Source: a virus. Taken from it: a DNA stretch of 64,000 nucleotides. Below, in pieces: positions 58,269-64,000 of this stretch; the stretch's first letter is position 1; each line of letters begins with the position of its first letter. Location of the stretch: the IMG/VR virus record IMGVR_UViG_3300022821_000014, positions 26,968-90,967 of that record; one strand, written 5' to 3'. Below the pieces are notes generated by a model. That model was not told the origin of the DNA and did no database searches. It was given only the letters and a program-made list of their open reading frames with translations. Made by a program: the position numbers and the translations under genes.

Positions 58269-58342
58269 GGCGCAGTCTTCTAATGGCTTAGGAACCTTGG
58301 CTTTCATCCAAGACAATGTGGGTTCGAGTCCCATCTGCGTCA
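58269..58342 (+). tRNA. tRNA-Glu(TTC)
   Basis: CTTGG-CTTTCAT-CCAAG. Confidence 0.9.
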
Positions 58343-58348
58343 CTCAAT

Positions 58349-58423
58349 GGTCCTGTCGTCTACTATGGTTTAGGACACCAACCTCTCAAGTTGGAGAACC
58401 GAGTTCGAACCTCGGTGGGATCA
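58349..58423 (+). tRNA. tRNA-Glu(CTC)
   Basis: CCAAC-CTCTCAA-GTTGG. Confidence 0.9.
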
Positions 58424-58485
58424 TTCGAATAGGTTCTAGTTTCAGCGACTAAATTAAAATAGCACGCCAGCTATGCCTAAAACAT

Positions 58486-58571
58486 GGCCGAGTGGGGGAA
58501 TTGGCAGACCCGCAGGATTAAGGATCCTGTTCCCATAAAAAGGAGTGCAGGTTCGATGCCTGTCTCGGCTA
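58486..58571 (+). tRNA. tRNA-Leu(AAG)
   Basis: CAGGA-TTAAGGA-TCCTG; long variable arm. Confidence 0.85.
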
Positions 58572-58746
58572 CTATTTTGGTGCGAGCTTCAAGAAAGTCC
58601 CTACGAGTACTGAAGCCCTGGTTTAGGGAGCAGCAGTTATGTCACTTGCCAAATCCGTGAGTGGAGAATGACGGCATCAACAATTTCAAGAGGTTCTCCC
58701 GAGTCAGTGGGGATTAAAGCGGAGATTCGGCGAACGCCTCTTATTT

Positions 58747-58829
58747 GCTCGAATGGTGGAATGGCAGACACACACGCCTGAGTAGCGTGACCACGAAAGT
58801 GGGTAAGAGTTCGAATCTCTCTTCGAGTA
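58747..58829 (+). tRNA. tRNA-Leu(GAG)
   Basis: CACGC-CTGAGTA-GCGTG; long variable arm. Confidence 0.88.
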
Positions 58830-58832
58830 CTA

Positions 58833-58910
58833 AAAGAGAAGATGGTTCGCAGGGTGACGGCGACTAATAATCGCTGGTGAAACGACGCCGTACATCTTGA
58901 AAATCTCTTT
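58833..58910 (+). ncRNA. AGAUGGUUCG-family structured RNA, copy A
   Basis: AAGAGA/TCTCTT and AGATG/CATCT stems; internal CGGCGA-CTAATAA-TCGCTG. Confidence 0.6.
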
Positions 58911-58919
58911 CTTTGATAT

Positions 58920-58961
58920 CGTGGGTTGGAAAAGTAGCAATTCGCTAGGCTCATAACCTAG
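58920..58961 (+). pseudogene. tRNA-Met(CAT) 5' part, truncated after the anticodon arm
   Basis: CTAGG-CTCATAA-CCTAG; no T arm follows. Confidence 0.75.
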
Positions 58962-59062
58962 GGATACTCAAAACAAAAACTTTAGATAGAACTTTCCCAA
59001 ATTGGAAAGATTTCTATTTCCCGATGGGGGCAATGGCGCAATGGCGTGCCAGCGGACTGTAA
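58959..59062 (+). repeat. 104-bp exact direct repeat, copy 1 (HNH 3' end + tRNA-Tyr 5' half)
   Basis: Identical to 59603-59706. Confidence 0.9.
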
Positions 59063-59106
59063 AATGTTACACAGACATTTGAAGTTCGGTTACTCATACT
59101 AAAAGT

Positions 59107-59706
59107 ATGAAGTGTTTGGAGTGTTCAAACCCTTTGGAAACAAAGGATGCAAAGAAGTTTTGTTCCCGTTCTTGTTCGGCAACGTTCAATAACAGGAATC
59201 GAGTTCTGACTTCTAAAACCAAGTCTAAGATCAGGGTCGGCGTTCTTGGTTTCCATGCTGAACTTCCAAGAAGTCAGTACGATTATGTGTGTGACAAATG
59301 TTTGGCTGCATTCACTTCGTATGTTTATATGAGGAAAAGTCGATCGGTTAGATGCAAATCTTGCAAAAGGGTGGTGAAGAGAGCAACTAAGGATGCACGG
59401 TCGATTTTGGAGTTATCAAAACGAACAATAACCAAGTTGCTTAAAAGAGCTAACTTTGGTTGCGTTATGTGTGGCTGGGATCGCACGACGTTGGACATCC
59501 ATCACATTTTGCATAGAAGTAAAGGTGGAACCGATGCACACCAAAACTTGATAGCATTATGTCCGAATTGCCATCGTTTGGCACATGAGGGCAAATATGA
59601 CTTAGGGATACTCAAAACAAAAACTTTAGATAGAACTTTCCCAAATTGGAAAGATTTCTATTTCCCGATGGGGGCAATGGCGCAATGGCGTGCCAGCGGA
59701 CTGTAA
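59107..59706 (+). CDS. HNH endonuclease; stop codon lies in the tRNA-Tyr anticodon loop
   Basis: KFCSRSC; CVMCGW...DIHHI...GGTDAHQNLIALCPNCH. Confidence 0.9.
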   Translation: MKCLECSNPLETKDAKKFCSRSCSATFNNRNRVLTSKTKSKIRVGVLGFHAELPRSQYDYVCDKCLAAFTSYVYMRKSRSVRCKSCKRVVKRATKDARSILELSKRTITKLLKRANFGCVMCGWDRTTLDIHHILHRSKGGTDAHQNLIALCPNCHRLAHEGKYDLGILKTKTLDRTFPNWKDFYFPMGAMAQWRASGL

Positions 59707-59750
59707 CTCCGTGGCCTTCGGGCGGGTAGGTTCGATTCCTACTGTCCCCA
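59670..59750 (+). tRNA. tRNA-Tyr(GTA)
   Basis: GCGGA-CTGTAAC-TCCGT; variable arm with TTCG loop. Confidence 0.9.
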
Positions 59751-59852
59751 CTTAGAAGAGAACAGATATACATAAGTCAAGTAGTCTGTGCTAGAGCGGT
59801 ACTTGTAAATGTTAGTAGCCCGCCATCTTCGCATAATCTATCTCTGTTGAAG

Positions 59853-59939
59853 CGTATTACATCTCCAGTCACAATATTGGGGTGTAGGAAGTGGGGCTCG
59901 TAAGTGACTACGAGGAAGCAGTGCCCAATCGCTGCTACG
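59853..59939 (+). ncRNA. Four-way-junction RNA with potential kissing loops
   Basis: TACATCTC/GGGGTGTA (loop GTCAC), CTCGTA/TACGAG (loop AGTGAC), GCAGTG/CGCTGC. Confidence 0.45.
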
Positions 59940-59954
59940 GTTTAACAGGATTTT

Positions 59955-59986
59955 GGGGTCTTAGCTCACCTGGGAGAGCGTCTGTC
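59955..59986 (+). pseudogene. tRNA 5' half (Ala-like)
   Basis: GGGGTCT-TA-GCTC-ACCTGGGA-GAGC-G-TCTGTC; pairs with the 3' half of 60523-60594. Confidence 0.7.
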
Positions 59987-60001
59987 GACATACTTATCGG
60001 T

Positions 60002-60532
60002 ATGGACAACAAACTACTTGAACAGTATGTGCAGGCTAAGCTGAGTACATATGACATAGCTGCTGCGACTGGCAAAAGCCAATCAACAGTTAGATACTGG
60101 CTCAAGAAATACGGATTGAAAACCAGTCCATATAAGACCAAAAGGCAATGCCTGGTCTGTGAAAAGGTTTGCGCAACCACAAGGGCAAAATACTGCTCGA
60201 ATGGTTGCCAGAACGAAGCTCAGTACAACAAGTACATCCTGGAATGGAAACTTGGAAACGTCTCTGGAAACATGAGTAGCGGAAGAAATCTGAAGCTAAG
60301 CAATCATGTTCGTCGATTCATCCGAGAAAAACACGGAGAACACTGTTCAATATGTGGGTGGAATGAGCGTCACAAAATCACTGGTAAGGTACCAACAAAC
60401 GTTGACCATGTTGACGGAAATCCGTACAATACTAGTGAAGACAACTTGAGAGTGTTGTGTCCAAATCATCACTCACTAACAGAAACTTACGGAGCTTTGA
60501 ATAAAGGCAACGGTAGAAAAATGGGGCTTTAA
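60002..60532 (+). CDS. HNH endonuclease with N-terminal HTH; overlaps the downstream tRNA
   Basis: STYDIAAATGKSQSTVRYWLKKYG; YCSNGCQ; CSICGW...VDHVDGN...NLRVLCPNHH. Confidence 0.9.
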   Translation: MDNKLLEQYVQAKLSTYDIAAATGKSQSTVRYWLKKYGLKTSPYKTKRQCLVCEKVCATTRAKYCSNGCQNEAQYNKYILEWKLGNVSGNMSSGRNLKLSNHVRRFIREKHGEHCSICGWNERHKITGKVPTNVDHVDGNPYNTSEDNLRVLCPNHHSLTETYGALNKGNGRKMGL

Positions 60533-60594
60533 CTCAGCGGGAGAGTGTTACGCTGTCAGACAAAAGGTGAAGGGTTCAAGTCCCTTAGGCTCCA
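60523..60594 (+). pseudogene. Chimeric tRNA (Ala body, GTC loop, broken anticodon stem)
   Basis: G3:U70; TTACG/ACAAA barely pairs. Confidence 0.6.
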
Positions 60595-60596
60595 CT

Positions 60597-60663
60597 AAGA
60601 GAAGATGGTTCGCCGCCAATGGCCTGTGAAACGGCCGAATGGTTATGGTCTTGAAAATCTCTT
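60597..60663 (+). ncRNA. AGAUGGUUCG-family structured RNA, copy B
   Basis: AAGAGAAGATGGTTCGC...GTCTTGAAAATCTCTT. Confidence 0.6.
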
Positions 60664-60667
60664 TCAT

Positions 60668-61031
60668 GGGTTCATGGTCTAATAGATTTGACACCACTCC
60701 TTCAGCCTACCTAGGATAAAGCTGTAGTGAAGTGTTTAAACGGCAAGACACACGCTTGCCGGCGTGTAATGCAGGTTCGAGTCCTGTTGAATCTACTAAC
60801 TGTTCTGACGCTGGCAACGTAAATGCTGAAGCTGGGTTAGCTACCAGTGGATAAGGGCCCTTGAATGGGTAAGCTATATAATCCATCAATAGTAAGTAAC
60901 TTATAGTTTAACTGGAAAAACGCCCATACGGGAGATGAGGGTTCGAGCCCCTCTGAGCCAAAACTAATGAGATTTCGGTGTACAACGAATCAGGATTTAT
61001 GGTAGAGGTTTGAGTCCTCCGCAGAACGCCA
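60668..61031 (+). pseudogene. Cluster of decayed tRNA remnants
   Basis: 5' stub at 60668; GCC-like remnant with T arm at ~60724-60795; D+T arms with CCC-ATAC-GGG mini-arm at ~60900-60960; T-arm remnant ending CCA at ~61031. Confidence 0.5.
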
Positions 61032-61036
61032 ATTTT

Positions 61037-61085
61037 CGAGAATAGATGGTTCGCAGGTCATGAACTTGCCGTACGTCTTTTCTCG
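61037..61085 (+). ncRNA. AGAUGGUUCG-family structured RNA, copy C
   Basis: CGAGAA/TTCTCG, AGATG/CGTCT, GCAGGT/ACTTGC. Confidence 0.6.
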
Positions 61086-61088
61086 TTT

Positions 61089-61124
61089 GCCGCCTAAGCT
61101 AATCTGGTGAAAGCGCCGAGTTGA
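61089..61124 (+). pseudogene. tRNA-Phe-like 5' half broken in the anticodon
   Basis: GCCGCCT-AA-GCT-AATCTGGTGAA-AGC-G-CCGAG-TTGA. Confidence 0.7.
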
Positions 61125-61156
61125 TTAGGCAGCATAAACTATTGTAGCCATACTAA

Positions 61157-61390
61157 CAATATGGAACTGCACGGTCTACGCACTTGAAAAATAGATTATT
61201 ACAAGCTAAGGTGATTGAGAATCAATGCCATGCTTGTGCACAAATACCCACGTGGAAGGGCAAGAAATTAGTTATGGCCTTGGACCATATTAATGGTGTG
61301 AGAAACGACAATAGACTTGCAAATTTGAGGTTACTTTGCCCGAACTGCAATTCACAACAGCCTACATTTTGTAGGGCAAACGGAGCCTGA
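61157..61390 (+). pseudogene. N-terminally truncated HNH endonuclease; overlaps tRNA-Phe
   Basis: CHAC...W...LDHINGVRNDNRLANLRLLCPNCN. Confidence 0.75.
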
Positions 61391-61454
61391 GCAAGTGAGG
61401 TCATTGCGCTGGTCTGAAAAACCAGAGAACTCGGATCGATACCGAGAGGTTCCA
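61382..61454 (+). tRNA. tRNA-Phe(GAA)
   Basis: CTGGT-CTGAAAA-ACCAG; T loop ATCGATA. Confidence 0.85.
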
Positions 61455-61500
61455 CTAAGTGCCTCGGAGAGTCAGGAACAAAACCTGAAGGCGGCACTAA

Positions 61501-61572
61501 GAGTAGATGGTTCGTTTTACGTCAACCGCCTCCCTAAAAGGGGATAAGGAACGATTTAGCTGTACGTCTCTC
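61501..61572 (+). ncRNA. AGAUGGUUCG-family structured RNA, copy D
   Basis: GAGTAGATGGTTCG...CTGTACGTCTCTC. Confidence 0.55.
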
Positions 61573-61576
61573 AATT

Positions 61577-61606
61577 TCTAGCCTAGCCAAGTGGCAAGGT
61601 GTTCAC
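61577..61606 (+). pseudogene. tRNA-Asn-like 5' stub
   Basis: TCTAGCC-TA-GCC-AAGTGGCAA-GGT, similar to the 5' end of 62194-62265. Confidence 0.65.
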
Positions 61607-61635
61607 TTATAGTTTGTTTGTGATAGGATACTATC

Positions 61636-62187
61636 GTGTCACACGCATCAGAAAAGGTAAAACTTTGGCGTCAACAAACCAAAAAACGGATAGTAAAAGC
61701 TTTTGGAGGTTCATGTGGTATATGTGGATATAGTCGTTGTAACGACTCTTTAGCGCTTCACCATATCAACCCAGAAGAAAAAGACTTTTCCTTAGGGGCT
61801 ATCAGAGCTAATGCTTGTTCATGGGCGAAGATAGTTGTTGAACTTAGAAAGTGCATATTGGTGTGTCATAATTGCCATTCAGAAATTCATGCAGGCCTGG
61901 CGCATGTGTCGAAAGACATCACAAGGTTTGATGAGAGTTTCGCTGAATATCGGAAACCTAAACCGAAGTTTAGCGGCGTTTTTTGTCACTGTGGTCAAGA
62001 ATTGACTTTTGAACAAAAGAAGTACTGTTCGAATGTTTGTTATGGACTAAAAAACAGAAAAATTGACTGGGATGCATTTGATCTATCAGCGTTGTACGCC
62101 AAATATCCTGTTACACAAATAGCAGATATACTTGGCGTCAGTGACCAGGCTGTGCATAAAAGGCTGAAAAAATTAGGTTTGAAATAA
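61636..62187 (+). CDS. HNH endonuclease with C-terminal HTH
   Basis: GGSCGICGY...LALHHINP...KCILVCHNCH; IADILGVSDQAVHKRLKK. Confidence 0.9.
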   Translation: MSHASEKVKLWRQQTKKRIVKAFGGSCGICGYSRCNDSLALHHINPEEKDFSLGAIRANACSWAKIVVELRKCILVCHNCHSEIHAGLAHVSKDITRFDESFAEYRKPKPKFSGVFCHCGQELTFEQKKYCSNVCYGLKNRKIDWDAFDLSALYAKYPVTQIADILGVSDQAVHKRLKKLGLK

Positions 62188-62193
62188 CAATAT

Positions 62194-62265
62194 TCTGGGG
62201 TGGCCAAGTGGTAAGGCGATCGGCTGTTAACCGATAGAGCGTGGGTTCGACCCCCACCCCCAGAG
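62194..62265 (+). tRNA. tRNA-Asn(GTT)
   Basis: ATCGG-CTGTTAA-CCGAT. Confidence 0.93.
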
Positions 62266-62354
62266 CTAACTGATTACCGTTCTAAACCCTCAAACTTTAT
62301 TATTTGAGGACTTGTCGGTTGGTTTTATATCTTAGCAGATACAAAATGCTATTT

Positions 62355-62425
62355 TCGGGGTTCGTCTAATGGCAGGACCGTGGTTTCTGGTACCACTAAT
62401 GGGAGTTCAAATCTCTCACCCCGAG
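62355..62425 (+). tRNA. tRNA-Gln(CTG)
   Basis: GTGGT-TTCTGGT-ACCAC. Confidence 0.88.
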
Positions 62426-62431
62426 TAATTT

Positions 62432-62513
62432 GGAAGGTACGGTGCATGGTGCACAACCAGTCTTGAAAACTGGCGCATGTGAAAGCATGGTGGTTCGACT
62501 CCTCTACCTTCCG
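62432..62513 (+). tRNA. tRNA-Ser(TGA)
   Basis: CCAGT-CTTGAAA-ACTGG; long variable arm. Confidence 0.85.
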
Positions 62514-62531
62514 CTCAGTAAAGTGAAATAT

Positions 62532-62603
62532 TCGGGAGTAGTTCAATGGTAGAGCGCTTGACTTTGAATCAAGTGGTTGTGAGTTCGAGTCTCACCTCCC
62601 GAT
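62532..62603 (+). tRNA. tRNA-Gln(TTG)
   Basis: CTTGA-CTTTGAA-TCAAG. Confidence 0.92.
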
Positions 62604-62606
62604 TTT

Positions 62607-62695
62607 GGAAGATAAACCTAGAGGGTTCTGGGGCTAGTTTGCTAAACTAAGTGGTCAAGAAATTGACTGGGGATCAAGACCTCTATCTTCCGCCA
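62607..62695 (+). tRNA. tRNA-Ser(GCT), CCA encoded
   Basis: TAGT-TTGCTAA-ACTA; long variable arm; T loop ATCAAGA. Confidence 0.82.
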
Positions 62696-62701
62696 ACTCA
62701 T

Positions 62702-62775
62702 TCCCGAGTGTTCTAATGGTTTATGATGCTGACCTCTGAAGTCATGCGATGTTGGTTCAAATCCAGCCTTGGGAG
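62702..62775 (+). tRNA. tRNA-Gln(CTG)
   Basis: TGAC-CTCTGAA-GTCA. Confidence 0.85.
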
Positions 62776-62924
62776 CTAAATGGTCAAATAGCTGGTTTTC
62801 TAAAATGGCAAATCCCCATTATTGGGTTTACACTACCAGCTGATTGTGTTTCTATTAGAGAATAGAGAAACGGGTCGCAAAGACCTAGCTACTCTAGACC
62901 TTGAAAACTGAATAAGAATACCAC

Positions 62925-62998
62925 GCTTCATAAGCATTGTTGGTTCGATGCACTCGCCTTGTAAGCGAGAGAGAACGGTTCGAGTCCGTTATGAAGCT
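62925..62998 (+). tRNA. tRNA-Thr(TGT)
   Basis: CTCGC-CTTGTAA-GCGAG. Confidence 0.92.
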
Positions 62999-63001
62999 CT
63001 C

Positions 63002-63069
63002 GAATAGGCTGTGCTTGTCTGGTCACCTAAGGCTGTTTCACAGCCCCACTATCAGTGGAACCAGAGTAT
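63002..63069 (+). ncRNA. Pseudoknotted inter-tRNA RNA, copy 1
   Basis: GCTGTG/CACAGC crosses CTGGT/ACCAG; hairpin CCACT/AGTGG; core GGTCACCTAAGG. Confidence 0.65.
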
Positions 63070-63140
63070 GCTCGCATAGTTCAATGGAAGAATATTCGGC
63101 TTCGAACCGAACGATCAAGGTTCAAATCCTTGTGTGAGTG
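63070..63140 (+). tRNA. tRNA-Arg(TCG)
   Basis: TTCGG-CTTCGAA-CCGAA. Confidence 0.9.
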
Positions 63141-63143
63141 CTA

Positions 63144-63214
63144 GAATAGCGACCGACAGTGTTTGGTCACCTAAGGGTGTTTCGGTCCCATCTTGAAAGA
63201 TGAAACCAAGGTAT
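63144..63214 (+). ncRNA. Pseudoknotted inter-tRNA RNA, copy 2
   Basis: GACCGA/TCGGTC crosses TTGGT/ACCAA; hairpin CATCT/AGATG; core GGTCACCTAAGG. Confidence 0.65.
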
Positions 63215-63288
63215 GCTCTGTTAGTGAAATTGGATTATCACGCTACCCTACGAAGGTTGTATTTCAGGTTCGAATCCTGGACAGAGTG
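63215..63288 (+). tRNA. tRNA-Arg(ACG)
   Basis: ACC-CTACGAA-GGT. Confidence 0.88.
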
Positions 63289-63295
63289 CTGAAAT

Positions 63296-63366
63296 GCGTT
63301 ATTAGTTTAGTGGTAAAATTCCTGCTTGCCATGCAGGGGTCCCGAGTTCGACCCTCGGATAACGCT
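63296..63366 (+). tRNA. tRNA-Gly(GCC)
   Basis: CCTGC-TTGCCAT-GCAGG. Confidence 0.92.
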
Positions 63367-63370
63367 CTTA

Positions 63371-63442
63371 GACGGGGACAGTTGGTAACACTGGCAGCGA
63401 ATTGCAACCTCGCTTTATAGAGTTCGATTCTCTACTCCGTCT
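63371..63442 (+). tRNA. tRNA-Cys(GCA)
   Basis: GCGAA-TTGCAAC-CTCGC; GACGGGG/CTCCGTC. Confidence 0.8.
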
Positions 63443-63453
63443 CTCAAAAAAAT

Positions 63454-63488
63454 GCTTCCTTAGTATAGTGGTTCATTACACAAGCTGG
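63454..63488 (+). pseudogene. tRNA 5' stub (Thr-like)
   Basis: GCTTCCT-TA-GTAT-AGTGGTTCA-TTAC-A-CAAGC, then the cloverleaf breaks. Confidence 0.6.
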
Positions 63489-63511
63489 CTGAAAGTTGTC
63501 ATATTTTCGAT

Positions 63512-64000
63512 ATGAAGCTAAGCAAAAGCGAAGCAGGTAGACTTGGCGCTGCTAAGTCCAGACTGATTACAGCGGCGAACTATCAGAAAAGATTGGAAAT
63601 TTATAGGGGCAGCCCTAAGCTTTGCGAAGGGTGTTCAAAGCCTATTGAATATGTCAAACGACAAAACAAGTTTTGCAATCATTCGTGTGCTGCTAAATAC
63701 ACCAACGTCCAAAGGGCTGGGTACAAAGCCAGTGCCATCAACAAAAATTTACAATGCTTCAACTGCAAGAAGAAGACTTCTTCAAATAGAAACAAGTATT
63801 GCAGTCATAGGTGCCAACAGAGCTTCCAACACAAGGCCTGGGTTCAAAGGTGGTTGGCTGGCCAGGAAGATGGCATAGTCTCCTCGGGAATGAGCACTTC
63901 GGCATCCATCAAAAGATGGCTAGTTGAAAGTTACGGTGAAAAATGTGTGTTGTGTGGATGGGATGAGGCAAACCCTCACTCAGGTCGAAGGCCTCTCAAT
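63512..64000 (+). CDS. HNH endonuclease, partial (runs off the window; not in the ORF track)
   Basis: MKLSKSEAGRLGA...CEGC...KFCNHSC...CFNC...KYCSHRCQ...IKRWL...KCVLCGWDE; similar to 60002-60532. Confidence 0.85.
   Translation, partial: MKLSKSEAGRLGAAKSRLITAANYQKRLEIYRGSPKLCEGCSKPIEYVKRQNKFCNHSCAAKYTNVQRAGYKASAINKNLQCFNCKKKTSSNRNKYCSHRCQQSFQHKAWVQRWLAGQEDGIVSSGMSTSASIKRWLVESYGEKCVLCGWDEANPHSGRRPLN

Noticed and set aside
58580-58742. RNase P RNA or tmRNA (AAGAAAGTCC resembles GAGGAAAGTCC)
   Set aside because: Too short; no matching P4 3' strand, tRNA-like ends or tag reading frame
58833-61572. CRISPR array from the repeated AGATGGTTCG units
   Set aside because: Spacing is irregular, copies are diverged and have paired ends, and there is no cas operon; the Cas4-like nuclease at 34756 is stand-alone
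63002-63214. Canonical HDV/theta, twister or hammerhead ribozyme
   Set aside because: No catalytic C in the J4/2-equivalent linker, and the twister and hammerhead core motifs are absent
55128-63878. ORF-track calls overlapping tRNAs (e.g. 55174, 57050, 58267, 62937, 63193, 63645) and the long starts at 57308 and 59891
   Set aside because: They run through tRNA or ncRNA genes or are out of frame with real HNH genes; better starts are 57362, 60002 and 63512
1-64000. Stop-codon reassignment, suggested by the phage release factor
   Set aside because: Long genes are intact in the standard code, TAG/TGA/TAA all end genes with tight coupling, and no CTA or TCA suppressor tRNA was found in the window

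Overview
A 64-kb segment of a large (jumbo/huge) tailed-phage genome in the standard genetic code; the host is probably diderm (spanin-like pair, lipoprotein and secreted enzymes). 1-43.4 kb is almost all minus strand and carries replication and nucleotide genes (class II RNR with a cis intein, replicative helicase, 5'-3' exonuclease, dUTPase, RecA, gp32-like SSB, DnaE, IMPDH/GMP reductase), glycosyltransferases, an Fe/Mn SOD and a T4-like terminase. 43.4-64 kb is plus strand: CCA-adding enzyme, a release factor lacking domain 1, a cell-wall cassette (SGNH esterase, two SLT-like proteins, holin-like gene) and a ~9-kb tRNA array (25 intact tRNAs plus degenerate copies and stubs; one more tRNA-Ser lies at 45.2 kb). 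Highlights: (1) recA and dnaE are both fractured by split inteins, and the RecA N-intein is only 14 aa; (2) about ten unrelated proteins share an N-terminal leader ending in L/I-x-E, a candidate capsid-loading tag; (3) a repeated 'tRNA 5' stub - HNH gene - replacement tRNA' architecture; (4) at least three families of structured non-tRNA RNAs between the tRNAs; (5) a GATC-dense non-coding region near terL. All calls come from reading motifs by eye; no database search or folding program was run.
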